The notes beneath the pieces are model-generated. The model was not told the DNA's origin, ran no database searches, and saw nothing but the letters and a program-made list of their open reading frames with translations. DNA of 64,000 nt, taken from positions 62,001 to 126,000 of IMG/VR virus record IMGVR_UViG_3300030419_008158; one strand, written 5' to 3'. Of this stretch, positions 39,901 to 50,000 are shown piece by piece. Both the position numbers and the translations under genes were made by a program. Each line of letters starts with the position of its first letter. Position 1 is the stretch's first letter.

Positions 39901-40820
39901 GAATTTGTAAGAATCATAGATCCGTTTTCAAAAACTGATCCTAGATCTGCCAAATCTTTTCCAAGAGTTTTTATGCTTGGTACTGTCGGTGTCGGAAAAA
40001 GCGGTTTACCAAGTGCAAATGGATTTGCGTTTAAGAATTGTTGATTGGGGCCGGGCTCTACAAGATTTGTAGTCATTCCGTTTTTTAGAAAATTTTCAAC
40101 AATTCTTAAGCACATCATCAAAACAGTTGTTGCTGATTTTGAAGAAATTATGCTGCTTGCATTTGATTTTACAAACATTCCCGTCACTAGCTGAACCGGA
40201 TCGACAATTGCTGATAGCGGTGTGAATGGTGTAAGTGGACCTATATTTTCTATTTTTTGTAATGCAATTTGTGCAATACTGTCTTTACCAGACTTTAGAG
40301 ACATTATATCATCAAACTTCCTAATCTCGGCTAATATGACATCCGCAAGATCTATATTAGACTTTGCTCTAAGAATGTTTGCCTCTATTTGTTCGTTCTT
40401 CTGATCAAAGAATGTCGCATCATTTTCTAGAATTTTTTCAAACAATGACTTGGCATATACCCTAGAAATTTGATCTTCCATGAAAGCTTGATAAATTGAT
40501 GCATAAACGGTTGAATAGGGCTTTCCTTGAAAGTCAACTGTTCTCTGAGACAATACTGCAATGGGCTCTGCTCTATTAGAAGAAAATCCGGCGTCCTCAG
40601 ATGTCTTTGCCTCTGTTGAAGATTTCGATGTATTCTCTACTGTGTTTTGGTAGCTGTTAGGGTCAATTGCCGCCTGTGCTCTTACAATCTTTGCAGGAGA
40701 CTTTTCTATAATAGGGATCAATTCAGAATTTGTGATCGAAGAAGCTGACTTTGTCTCAACGACTTCGCCATCAACAAAATCAGGTTGGGAAGATATTTTT
40801 ATTTCTAATTCTTCTAACAT
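36954..40820 (-). CDS. Large hypothetical protein (1288 aa), probably virion-associated
   Basis: Long ORF coupled to structural neighbours; no recognisable motif. Confidence 0.65.
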   Translation of the reverse strand: MLEELEIKISSQPDFVDGEVVETKSASSITNSELIPIIEKSPAKIVRAQAAIDPNSYQNTVENTSKSSTEAKTSEDAGFSSNRAEPIAVLSQRTVDFQGKPYSTVYASIYQAFMEDQISRVYAKSLFEKILENDATFFDQKNEQIEANILRAKSNIDLADVILAEIRKFDDIMSLKSGKDSIAQIALQKIENIGPLTPFTPLSAIVDPVQLVTGMFVKSNASSIISSKSATTVLMMCLRIVENFLKNGMTTNLVEPGPNQQFLNANPFALGKPLFPTPTVPSIKTLGKDLADLGSVFENGSMILTNSRLAYYGDRNFFYQINKEDPYRRSMIMTTMVANELLVSAGLGRLSQTPLGQRFGSDSLDFPMTYTGASAASATTETSYENSLTDFLLVSQEGSARIETSPGSKKVLLFDGMNFDKSDHSAGTVTTSTSEFAKTTIRTPTNNKMGFFDSALMSAQKSCDDALEFYKMLTFRDADPQIITPHGLYAKILKIVNVGIQAASGDVTYADKNKIAELAILSTIGRTKIKKSRWTRPQVARTIMFSMCAKIAYKLLQKRDELIVHPGTDSISWTDSTGKKKTKVSIQKEGSSSKDTFTIETEDVTKNTEDESIGLDTSAIRMAAKEKNIFDVEPMTGNARMLVYGMSSLSKTDNIENPEIFDMNLLSLVDEIAENEDSMMYQLASLFVDATIEAASLAQSENKEANFINSNRVTRLSKIDGSSLLCLLFESVVDLCSVLSTTTLMYKILGPTNSEVLMSDTQVSANFTKALKNEFWPKASAIIGAEHVVIRVRGQFGEGSSNHFTSRALELLIEGLETGTFQNAFNDEGLIPNLDLESPSVDISGKVFSGSSQSFSSFVELLEELAAERDLPYLALASYAAKFDYVRQQTQSLIDLSSKLAGTSESDEVSDAFSSFASTDIGKNYLLSLTDASLAASKKRLKEIVRAKNSPAKRNPKITVGELAAIKVLCEELSATPSESVNIFFVGLPTEYLDNTIYPQFKIAEGFLSPIAESTMSANVSRVDSITGEKSTGISFLFSTSPTVSSKSFDSFATKPPNNIDAVVNEVLLENGQLGLTFINSAASKVDARNLVKNEVKSHLIKKIISILSPNDFFVESLTDFKKSLRDTGSEILANNLGIAAGLEDGTFSGVFIQTDNSSFLNYDKMLKLTAVETTKMSNKHVSNMKKLNFGKAEIFYDIFSSTLFTAGSIERQIFSPTYFDRIVAVICDNSMFSTFGDSSTTEIVSGKPTTSDNQYASDLAKSDVTQGTFGIYNYEVLVTSGQSMVKK

Positions 40821-40827
40821 AAGCTAC

Positions 40828-40836
40828 CTAAATATT
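40828..40836 (-). promoter_or_regulatory. Possible late promoter motif AATATTTAG
   Basis: Overlaps the stop codon of the upstream gene, 7 nt before ATG 40820. Confidence 0.35.
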
Positions 40837-43800
40837 ATAGAAAAACATTGCAGCTTCCTTCTCACTGCTTTTAGAGTCTTCAGCGCTTTCTGATGAGTAA
40901 CTGTCATATGAACCCCCTGCAGAATTAAATCCTTCGCCTGTGTCGTTTGAAAATGACTCCTGGTTGCTTGCATCTGTAAATTGTCCGCCTCCTTCACCCG
41001 TATATGTGCCCGTTGTCTTTTCTATAAACTCACCAAGTGACCATTCTCCTCCTGAATTTTCTTCTGGTGGGCTTCCTTGACCACCCGTACCATACCCAAA
41101 CGGATCTTCGGCAGAATCTTGTTGGAATAGATCATCTGGATCTTGTTGACTCATTTCCTTTTCCTTGCTTGCCATGTCCACAACTTCCTGGTTCTCCCAA
41201 AATTCCCCGTCCCCTAGTTGTTTTACAGTACTTTTTGGTGACTGGCTTGTTGGACCTAGAGGAGAGGATCCAAATGCCGGAGTTTCGAAGGACTCATAAT
41301 CAGGTATGGCCTGGTCCCAATCCGTGCCTTTCCACAGATCGTGTTGAGGATGCTTTGGCTCCTGTGGCATATGACCTTCCCAAACAGTTCCCGCCTGATC
41401 GTTTCCCTCACCTGGAAAGCCGGGTGGTAAAGGCACGGGATCCTCTGGGACTGGTGGGGGTATTGGTGTAAATAGCTTTCTATGACTTCTTGGATTTGCA
41501 CCTATTGGTACTACTTTGTTTTTCTTTCCAAAGCTTCCAAAGATTGCCCCTACAATCATATTTGCAGGCAAAGAAAAGTATTTTGTGCTTTTAGCTACAG
41601 GAGAGCTAATAGTTTCGTCATCATCAAAAGAGACAGCTGTGACTTGATACTTTTTCTCTCCTACAGCATTATGATAACGATCGTCTCTAAAAGTATAAAA
41701 GCCACTTTCAGGTGAGTTAGAAACAGTTCCTAGTAAATTTTGCTCTCCGTTGATTGTACAGTAAACATTGTAATAGCTCACATCTTGTACATTTCCAAAC
41801 ACGTTCCACTCTAAAGTCGTGTGATACGTTCTATCTGTTGCTGTAAGTGTTTCGATTTTGGGTGCGTCTTTCTTAAACTTTACTGTTTTGACAAATTCAA
41901 TTCCAACCTGGGCTTCTGTTATTAGTTTCTCAATTGATACACCCGACTTTACTTCTGCTTCTGGTGGAAGAACGCCTAGACGATCATATATTTTTCTTGA
42001 AAATCTAGAAGCTTTTTTCTGTATCTCTTGATCGATATCTGTGTTGATTCCAACTGTAGAAGACTGTAAAAATACAGTTGGATCTTGCAAGCAAACTTTA
42101 AACACATACCGATACTTCTCTCCAAAAAGAGGCGCCGGTAGTTTCTTTTGTTGTCTAATTGTGTTATCATCAACAAAAACACCGACAGGTATTATTCCAA
42201 AACTAACTCTTTTGCCGGAAGCTACTTCGTACCTTTCGACTATCATCATTACGAAATTTTTAGCTTTTACTTTGTCTGCCTGAAGCTCTGCAATAAATTC
42301 GCTGCTCACACCGGCATCTCGAAGTGCTTCAATTACTGCATTGAACAGCTCAGCCTGCTCAGTTACGTCTATTGTAAATCTAGAAGTCGGAGATCCTGTG
42401 TCATCAATTCCAGTCTCAGGATCACTCACATTAATGTTAAAGGGAATGCTTTCAATAGGGAACCTTCTTATGATAATTTCATCTTCGTCAGAAATAACTT
42501 CTTCATGAAGGCTGGACATTCCCGGAAAGCCCACCCGATACGCGGCAAAATATCGATATTTTCTTCCCAATACTGCTGTTTCGTCTCTGAATCTTACATC
42601 TGCTCTTTTTCCTGCAATTAAAGCTTCATAGCTTCCTTCTTCTGTCGGTATTTCAGTTACTGTGTCACTAAAATTTCCGTATTTTCCGAGCTCCTGTCTC
42701 AGGAGGCGGACCGTATAAACTTCTTTTGTTAAAGTTGTAACATTTACGCTTATAAAGTTTTCATCGTTGATGGCAAATATAGAAAGTGGGACTGCAGCAG
42801 AATTTTTAGGGTCGGTAATTTTTCTAAAATTATGAACTCTAACAGATGTAAATTCACCCAATGTCCCGTTTCCATTGACAACAACAAATCTATACGTCAC
42901 TTTATTGGGCTTGACATTGTCTACTGCATCTTTGAACTCTAAAGTATCGTCCGAACCAAATGTCATGTCAGTTACAGTTTGTACTGTGGGACGTACTAAG
43001 AGAGGATTTTCAATTATTCTTACAACTCTTACCTGTGATAATGTTGGATCTGTTCTCGTCACCCTAAATTGAACAGAAGCATATGATGTATGCGTGATCA
43101 TAACGTCTGGCGGCTCAGGATTTGTCAAAAATTCCATCAGTTGCTTTCTGTGTAAGATTACAGAATGCATAGGAATAAAAAATCTAGCTTTGTTGCCCTT
43201 TTTTTCAGAAATAATGGGAGTAACTCTTACATAAATTTTTCCAGAACCTTTAATTTTCTCCTTCTGTATTAGAACATTTCTATCAATCAGACGTCTAATT
43301 GGAAGCAAATCAAAAACTGTTGTGTTTGTCTTGGTATTTTCGGTGGTCTTTGTATCTTTTGAGCGTGCTAGATCACTATTTTGTTTTCCTGTACGAGATT
43401 TTTTAGTTATTTTTCTTATATTCCGAAGGCTTTTGCCTGTACGAAGTGTTCGAAGCGCATGTGTTCTAGATTTTTGAAAATGAATACTGGATGAATCATT
43501 ACTTGATGCCAAAGAAATAGCACTTGCAATATCTACTGTAGAAAAGTTTCCTGAAGCTGCTACTGCTGCTGGGTCGTTTCCATTTACCTTTGCAATCTTG
43601 GACTGCATCTTATAGCTAGTAGAAGTTTTTGTTTGTGTGGGCGGTGTGGACACCGCGTCCGGATAACCCGGCTGCGCTATTGAAACTACTCGATGCATTG
43701 AAGCGTTGCTTTTTTTTGCCTTGACTATGTTGTTAGAATTTTGGCCTGCAACTGTGGTGATAACTTCATCCTGTTTTTCAAATTCTATCTGAAATTTTCC

Positions 43801-44067
43801 CACACTATATGCATCATTTATCGCATATTTTTGAGGATTAGCTGTAAACATTTCAAATTGCAAGCCCTCAACACCCAATAACGATGCCTTTCGATCATTG
43901 ACAATAATCTGCGATTTATACACAAAGAAACCTTCATCAGAAATGAACTGATTTTTTTCTGTATATTCAACCTCATTTACAATGTCAATCAAATCAAACT
44001 CGGGCACATCAGAAGCGTACTGAAAAAGATCAGATGTCAAAAATGTTCTAACTTTTAAATTTGCCAT
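40828..44067 (-). CDS. Large structural protein with FN3/Ig-like repeats and disordered acidic C-terminus
   Basis: FKD...VTYRF, FRD...KYRY and LEW...YYNVY...YQVTAV repeats; Pro/Gly/Glu/Ser-rich last ~220 aa. Confidence 0.6.
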   Translation of the reverse strand: MANLKVRTFLTSDLFQYASDVPEFDLIDIVNEVEYTEKNQFISDEGFFVYKSQIIVNDRKASLLGVEGLQFEMFTANPQKYAINDAYSVGKFQIEFEKQDEVITTVAGQNSNNIVKAKKSNASMHRVVSIAQPGYPDAVSTPPTQTKTSTSYKMQSKIAKVNGNDPAAVAASGNFSTVDIASAISLASSNDSSSIHFQKSRTHALRTLRTGKSLRNIRKITKKSRTGKQNSDLARSKDTKTTENTKTNTTVFDLLPIRRLIDRNVLIQKEKIKGSGKIYVRVTPIISEKKGNKARFFIPMHSVILHRKQLMEFLTNPEPPDVMITHTSYASVQFRVTRTDPTLSQVRVVRIIENPLLVRPTVQTVTDMTFGSDDTLEFKDAVDNVKPNKVTYRFVVVNGNGTLGEFTSVRVHNFRKITDPKNSAAVPLSIFAINDENFISVNVTTLTKEVYTVRLLRQELGKYGNFSDTVTEIPTEEGSYEALIAGKRADVRFRDETAVLGRKYRYFAAYRVGFPGMSSLHEEVISDEDEIIIRRFPIESIPFNINVSDPETGIDDTGSPTSRFTIDVTEQAELFNAVIEALRDAGVSSEFIAELQADKVKAKNFVMMIVERYEVASGKRVSFGIIPVGVFVDDNTIRQQKKLPAPLFGEKYRYVFKVCLQDPTVFLQSSTVGINTDIDQEIQKKASRFSRKIYDRLGVLPPEAEVKSGVSIEKLITEAQVGIEFVKTVKFKKDAPKIETLTATDRTYHTTLEWNVFGNVQDVSYYNVYCTINGEQNLLGTVSNSPESGFYTFRDDRYHNAVGEKKYQVTAVSFDDDETISSPVAKSTKYFSLPANMIVGAIFGSFGKKNKVVPIGANPRSHRKLFTPIPPPVPEDPVPLPPGFPGEGNDQAGTVWEGHMPQEPKHPQHDLWKGTDWDQAIPDYESFETPAFGSSPLGPTSQSPKSTVKQLGDGEFWENQEVVDMASKEKEMSQQDPDDLFQQDSAEDPFGYGTGGQGSPPEENSGGEWSLGEFIEKTTGTYTGEGGGQFTDASNQESFSNDTGEGFNSAGGSYDSYSSESAEDSKSSEKEAAMFFYNI

Positions 44068-44070
44068 ATC

Positions 44071-45030
44071 TTAGTCCAGCACCACGGTAAAAATGCACAA
44101 AAAAGTTTCAGAGCCAAAGCCGTCTCTCATAATTTTTCCAACATAAAAAACTCTCTTTCCAGGGCTTGTTGGATCATCATCAGTAAATTCTCCAAAGTCA
44201 ACTACAGAAAGCTTCTGAATACCTCCCAAGTCTTGCTCAAAAAACTGAACTATTATGTTATTTGCTCTGGAAGATTCTGTGAACTCGAAGTCAATGTTGG
44301 GCTTTCCTTTTAGAGACTTTAGTAAATCATCAATTGATATTATTTCTCTTTCGTTAAGTTTTGGATAATTTGCTAACGGCACCCCTTCTGTGGCACCCGG
44401 GAGAGGCACATTAACAGGAGGCAAATACTTGAAATTTGGAAAATCTGCAAACCTTCTATCAGAGAAAATGCTAGGTATTTGCTCTAAGTGGCAGCTACCG
44501 ATACCTTTTTCAGCTCGAAAATAGTTTGTTGAGTCTTTGATATTGAAAGTGCCAGTCAGGGGTGCAATTTTTACTTGTTGATAAAAAGAAAATTCGTCAA
44601 TGGTTTTTATTATTCTTTGATCTGTCAAGTTTTTGGTAATGCCATCTAGTACTCTTGGAAGTGCTACAGACAAATCACTGCCGCTTATAATATTTGGATG
44701 TGTCATAATCCCAGTATTTACTGACCCTGAGACTAGCGCTCCTCCTGCTATGTCAAAATCTTGTGTTCTAAATGGACGCAAGGAGAAGCCAGCTTCGAGC
44801 TCGGGTATGATGACGTCTTGGAATCTATCGTGTGCTTCAAAGAACACTCTATCAGATGCATCTTCCGCAAGATCAGGATTTTTTTGACTTCCCGAGGACT
44901 CATAAAATGTATGCATGTCTGTGAAGGTGGCAAAATGAATTTGCATTTCACCAGTGCCAGCTTGTCGCTTGCCCTCATGAGTTATTACAAAGTCTATCGA
45001 CCTTTCTTTGTTGTTTAGAATTCCTGCCAT
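44071..45030 (-). CDS. Baseplate-associated structural protein (N-terminus paralogous to the 34441 ORF)
   Basis: DFVITHEGKRQ...FATFTD...FFEA parallels DAVLTDIGRRK...FSLADD...IFEA. Confidence 0.55.
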   Translation of the reverse strand: MAGILNNKERSIDFVITHEGKRQAGTGEMQIHFATFTDMHTFYESSGSQKNPDLAEDASDRVFFEAHDRFQDVIIPELEAGFSLRPFRTQDFDIAGGALVSGSVNTGIMTHPNIISGSDLSVALPRVLDGITKNLTDQRIIKTIDEFSFYQQVKIAPLTGTFNIKDSTNYFRAEKGIGSCHLEQIPSIFSDRRFADFPNFKYLPPVNVPLPGATEGVPLANYPKLNEREIISIDDLLKSLKGKPNIDFEFTESSRANNIIVQFFEQDLGGIQKLSVVDFGEFTDDDPTSPGKRVFYVGKIMRDGFGSETFLCIFTVVLD

Positions 45031-45038
45031 TACACTAT

Positions 45039-45047
45039 CTAATTATC
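45039..45047 (-). promoter_or_regulatory. Putative late promoter motif GATAATTAG
   Basis: ATAnTTA copy 8 nt upstream of ATG 45030. Confidence 0.5.
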
Positions 45048-45083
45048 AGAATATTTTAGTTAAAAATGACCATTGAGAGAATG

Positions 45084-46193
45084 CTATGAAGCACTTGCAC
45101 TCAAAACATTGTGTATTATAGAAGTATTAACTCCAGTCACTGTTGTATAATTTAGCTCATATGCACCCATATCATTTGGTTTGGCACTGCTACTAACATT
45201 CATTACTTTATGTGGGTAAACCCAGGTTAAAGATCCGCTTGTAAAATCCACAGTTCTTGTAGACCCAACTGCTGCGCCCAGACAAGGTGAGTCTTCACTT
45301 AGCTTCAAAGATCCGACGACAAGAAGAGGATCGGCTTCAAGGTCGCCAGTTCCAGGTCCTCCGGAATAGTTTGTTGGTGAATTTTCACCTTTGTGATCAT
45401 AAGTTCCTGTCACGCAATTATAAGAATGTGTGCCATTCGTAGAAATGGCGGCAATAGTGCAAGAAGCAGAAACTACTATATTGTATTCTGCTGTTCTTGA
45501 TCTAATTGCATATTGTCGAGACCCGTGGTCCGATCCGCTTCTAGGACAATTACTAACTGTGTTGTGTTGTATTGTTGGAGAGTCTCTTACACCGTACCCT
45601 CCGTGAATTGCTGAGCTGGCACAATTATAAATCAGGTTATTTTTGATGATACATTCTTCAAAACCTCGATATCCATATCCCGTACAGTCAAATATCTCGC
45701 ATCTTTCTACTGTCGTTCCTTCGTCTGTTGTGTATATCCCTGTTCCGGTTACTTGGTGAATCTTACAATCCCTTATAAAAGCTGTCTGTCTAGATGTGAC
45801 CTCTTGTATTGCTGCATGATTGGCTGTGTTGGATCCGAATCTTTTAAAAGTTATGCCCTGTATGACCCAATCAGTATAGTGCTTTATAGCAAAGTCAGCA
45901 TTGTAACCGCCATCTAGTGTAGGACTACATCCGGAACCTGCCTTAATTACAAACTCTCTAGGGAGCCATCCTGTTGTGGCTTCAACTTGATTGCTTGTAT
46001 TGTCAACTCCAGCAGTGCCGTTTGTCACGTCATATGTAGCACTATCATTGATGATTATGGTGTTGCCGTATGTTATTCCCGACCCTGTATTTCCTGCTAT
46101 GTGAAAAGCATGTGACAGAGTTCTGAATGGTGACGCTTCACTTCCAGCGTTCGAATCATTGCCCGAATCTTGCGACACGTAATAAGTAGACAT
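45084..46193 (-). CDS. Right-handed parallel beta-helix (pectin lyase-like) tail/adhesin protein
   Basis: YYVSQDSGNDSNAGSEASPFRTL N-cap, repeated IRDCKI/VERCEI/IKNNLI/IQHNTV coils, SPCLGA and DMGAYE. Confidence 0.8.
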   Translation of the reverse strand: MSTYYVSQDSGNDSNAGSEASPFRTLSHAFHIAGNTGSGITYGNTIIINDSATYDVTNGTAGVDNTSNQVEATTGWLPREFVIKAGSGCSPTLDGGYNADFAIKHYTDWVIQGITFKRFGSNTANHAAIQEVTSRQTAFIRDCKIHQVTGTGIYTTDEGTTVERCEIFDCTGYGYRGFEECIIKNNLIYNCASSAIHGGYGVRDSPTIQHNTVSNCPRSGSDHGSRQYAIRSRTAEYNIVVSASCTIAAISTNGTHSYNCVTGTYDHKGENSPTNYSGGPGTGDLEADPLLVVGSLKLSEDSPCLGAAVGSTRTVDFTSGSLTWVYPHKVMNVSSSAKPNDMGAYELNYTTVTGVNTSIIHNVLSASAS

Positions 46194-47048
46194 CTAGGAA
46201 ATCTCCACCCACGTTGGATCCGGATTAAAATAAAGCAAAATATCACCAGAATGTATGTCTAAGCAGTATCCCACAATTCTAACGATATCATTAGTCCCGC
46301 TTGGGGCGGTAAAAGTAAACTCGGCAGCTGTCGTTGACACGTAAACTGGATAACCAATCACAGCTGTTCCACCCACAGCAGAAGAATCCAGCCTGACGTA
46401 TCCCTTTACTAACATTCCATTCGTTGTTGGAGTTGATCCCAGGGCGATAGCTAACATTTGGTAAGCTCCTGAGTCTCGTGCATTTGCATTAGACTGTGTC
46501 CACGTTCCGTCTGTGTGCAAGTAATATAGATACCCAGCAGCTGTCGACCCTGTGCCATATTTCAGTATTTCTCCACCACCTTGTCCTGCTGTTAGACTTA
46601 CTTCAAATGTTGGACTGGAAAAATTGTCAGTAACAGTCATTGCTGTGTTTCCGTCAGTTCCTCCCACATTCATAACTGTAAAGGATCCAGATGTGCCATT
46701 CAGCCGATCTGCGCCGCTATCATATGATAAATTGCCGCCCGAAAATCCGCCCGAGCCGTCATTAGTTTGAACTGCATTTCGGCCGCCGCCCGGTGAAGCA
46801 CCGCCCCCAGCCCCAGTACCAACTCGAGTTCCATCATAAAATAAAGCTCCAGTAACTGCATATAGACGAGCGCTTGTATCAGAGGGTGGCTCTGCACTTG
46901 GCATTTTTATTCCTTTGTTGAAATTCTGAGCGCCCACGCCCACTTGAATCCCATTAGGAAATACAACTGATTCTATTTCACCCGAAAGTGAATTCTTAAG
47001 AACTATAAAGTCTTTTCTGTGCAGCTCTGTTTGAGAAAAATTTGCCAT
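46194..47048 (-). CDS. Tail fibre-like protein
   Basis: Gly-rich segments (SPGGGRNAVQTNDGSGGFSG) and a C-terminal beta domain (APSGTNDIVRIVGY...FNPDPTWVE). Confidence 0.6.
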   Translation of the reverse strand: MANFSQTELHRKDFIVLKNSLSGEIESVVFPNGIQVGVGAQNFNKGIKMPSAEPPSDTSARLYAVTGALFYDGTRVGTGAGGGASPGGGRNAVQTNDGSGGFSGGNLSYDSGADRLNGTSGSFTVMNVGGTDGNTAMTVTDNFSSPTFEVSLTAGQGGGEILKYGTGSTAAGYLYYLHTDGTWTQSNANARDSGAYQMLAIALGSTPTTNGMLVKGYVRLDSSAVGGTAVIGYPVYVSTTAAEFTFTAPSGTNDIVRIVGYCLDIHSGDILLYFNPDPTWVEIS

Positions 47049-50000
47049 TACGGCACCGAAACTGGAGCTAATACTATGTCCGGATTGTCTGCTCGTTCTT
47101 TTGTTTGACCGTCATAATAGGGCAAGGAAGAAGTCGCAAATCGACTTAGATTTTGAGAATGTGTCTTTTCCGGAGAGGACTGCCCACCTGTTGTCGTATC
47201 TTGCGGCACAAAATTAATGCTGACTGGGTATTGTACAGATCCACCCTCTATTGTTGCTGGAAACTTTCTCTGCTCCAGCATATCTCTAAACTGGCCGTAT
47301 TTGTCTCTTCTAAATCTAGCATCTACAGACGATCCAAAAATTCCGGCCAAGCCGTACTTATACCCTCTAATAACAGGGCGCCATCTCTTTGGTGATACGT
47401 GAGTGCGTTCAAAAATAGGTGCGCGATTTACGCTATCGCCGAAACCCCACAGGGCCTTTTTTTGGTTTCGCAGCGCTTTTCTTCCTTTGACCACATCGCC
47501 GCGATCGTTAGACACATAACCACTTGCAGGCACAAGATCTGTATCGGAGAGCAGATAGACATCATCAATTACATACTGCGCAGAACCTAGATCCGTATCT
47601 GATGCGTTATAGGTTTGTATGGGTGGATTTCCAAAACCTGCAGCAAAGAATCGCTTTTCATTTTTTTCATAAGCAGGTATAAACCACCAAAACGGTATCA
47701 CTCCTCGAGAAGAAAATCCCATTCCCGGAACACCCGGCATAATTGTAGCACTCCCCACATCTGATATGGATCCGGCGCCGTAACCCAGAATATCTAAAGT
47801 GGCCAAAACGTCCGGAGGATAGCTGTCGTAAAGAGTTCCTCTTTGGTCAGTCAACCTTACAAATCTCTGTATAGATCCCGATGGGCCTGCTTGACCTGCA
47901 GCAACTGAGTATTCTACTTGTCTTACGTCAGGAGCTTCCGGCACTAAATTATTTAGAGAATCTAGTGCTAGCATAGAACCTGTAATTACTAGATCAACGT
48001 AAGAGCCCGACAACGCAGATCTTGGACCCACGTCCCACTGGTCATAAACTGGATTATCAAAATGCAGCGCCTCATGAATAGCATCAGAAGTAAGAGGCTG
48101 TCCTGCTTCCATTTCTACAGGAAGATTGTCACGAATTAGAGACCCGTAAAAAGTAATCTTTCCTGCGCCCGGACTAAGTGTTGTTATAGACTCAGCAACA
48201 TATCCTTCTGTCAGCTTTCCTGGGTTGCTAGTGAGGGACTCTTTGCCGTTGCTAATAAAATTAGGTGTATTTGAATAACCAATTACAATTTTAGACGACG
48301 GGTCTAGAATGTAAGGTGATTCTCTTCTAAGATCTTCTTCGACAACTCTCATAGGATTGACACGCGTACCACCGCCGGCTGGGACTGCACCGGGTCCGAC
48401 GAGACCCGCGTTGTGAAAGGTCCCGTTTATTCGAACACCAGGGGTTCCTCTGATGAATGAGTGTCCACTGGAAGCACCTGTTAGCTGTCGGCCGCCGTAA
48501 TAAGATCCGAGGAGCTCCATATAAGCACTCCAGCACGCAGAGGTATTGGTCTGGTAGAATATTCCACGAGAGGCGCTCTTGGCGAGCGGAAGAGGACCTA
48601 GGGCGGGGGACAATGGGTAAGTTCGAGGTGCAAATTCCAACCTATAAGAACCTGTTATAGGTGTTGCCCTGACATTAGATGCCGGTTGGGTCTGCACGAC
48701 GGGCCTAATAATATTTAGATCTCTGCGCCATGATCCTGTCAGAGGGGTTGTCCCTACCTCCGCAAGATGAGCAATTTCCCCAACGCCGATCAGATCTTTT
48801 GTCTTACCTAGACTTTGTGTAACCGGAGATGAGTCCGCAGCGGGGAGCGTCGGTTGTGTCCCTCCAAAAAGTGGGGAAAAAGTTTTTATTGTAGTGCTGT
48901 TGTCAGTATTATCAAACTGATTTAGCAAGAAAAATTGTTTAACACAGGGCCCGCGAAGGAGGTCTCCCGAAATGTTCTCGGGTCCAAATGATGCAGAAAA
49001 ATCTATCACAATTTTTTCTACCAAGAAAGGGTGTGAAATTGAGGAACTCATGCAGTATGTTTGACTTCCTGTCGCGTCGTATTTTTCCGAAAATGGAAAA
49101 CCATAACTAGAAACAGGTAGACCGACATAAGAGCACATTTGATCATCACCGTTGTAATTGTTGATCATTCCGGAGGGCGCAAAAGCCACTAAACCTCTGC
49201 TTCGTATACTCTGATCAAAGTTGAGAATATCGACATTTGAACCTGTAGATAAATCACCGAGAACTTCCCACTTCTCATCGGCAAAATTATAATACGCAAT
49301 TCCGGAATTGACCCCCTCACTATAACCCTCTGCATTTGGTAAGGTGCCGGTGGAAAATGCAACATTTGTGGGAATTCTGGGATTTATATCAATTGTAAAT
49401 GATGTTTTCGACCCTAAGCGCTGGCTAAATCCAGGCAAAACTCCAGAAGTAGTTCCTGTGGCATAAAATTGTGAATCATTGTCGATATACAGCCTAGACT
49501 CATTAAACGGGCTGATATTTTCTCCGGGTGTAAAGACAACGTGTGCGTCTGCCACGCCCGCAGTGGAATTGCCCTGTGCTGTTATTCCCCCAAGCTTGTT
49601 CGGTGTAGCAACGCCCCCAGAAACAAATTTATGTCTTGCAAACAAATTTGTGGGATAAAGCTTTTCACCGGTATCAAAAATTATAGTGCTTGTGTCGTCG
49701 AATGTTGACGCAAACTTTCCGGAAAAGTCAGGATCACCGGTTCTCATTATTGTGGGATAGGACCCAGTACGCACATCTTGATCATGCAGCATTACTCTGG
49801 GTGGGTTACTGATCACACCGGACTTGTAAACACCTTGGGTTACCTCATACAACGCCTTGACGTCTGTTACAGACAATACTGCATTCCAAATTCCCATTTC
49901 GGAAACTTTCCCGGAGAGTTTATTGCCTGCGCCTCTGTAAAGTGTGCCCCAATAAAGATCATTTGATCCTGCGGTCATTCCCGAATATGTGCCCTGCACG

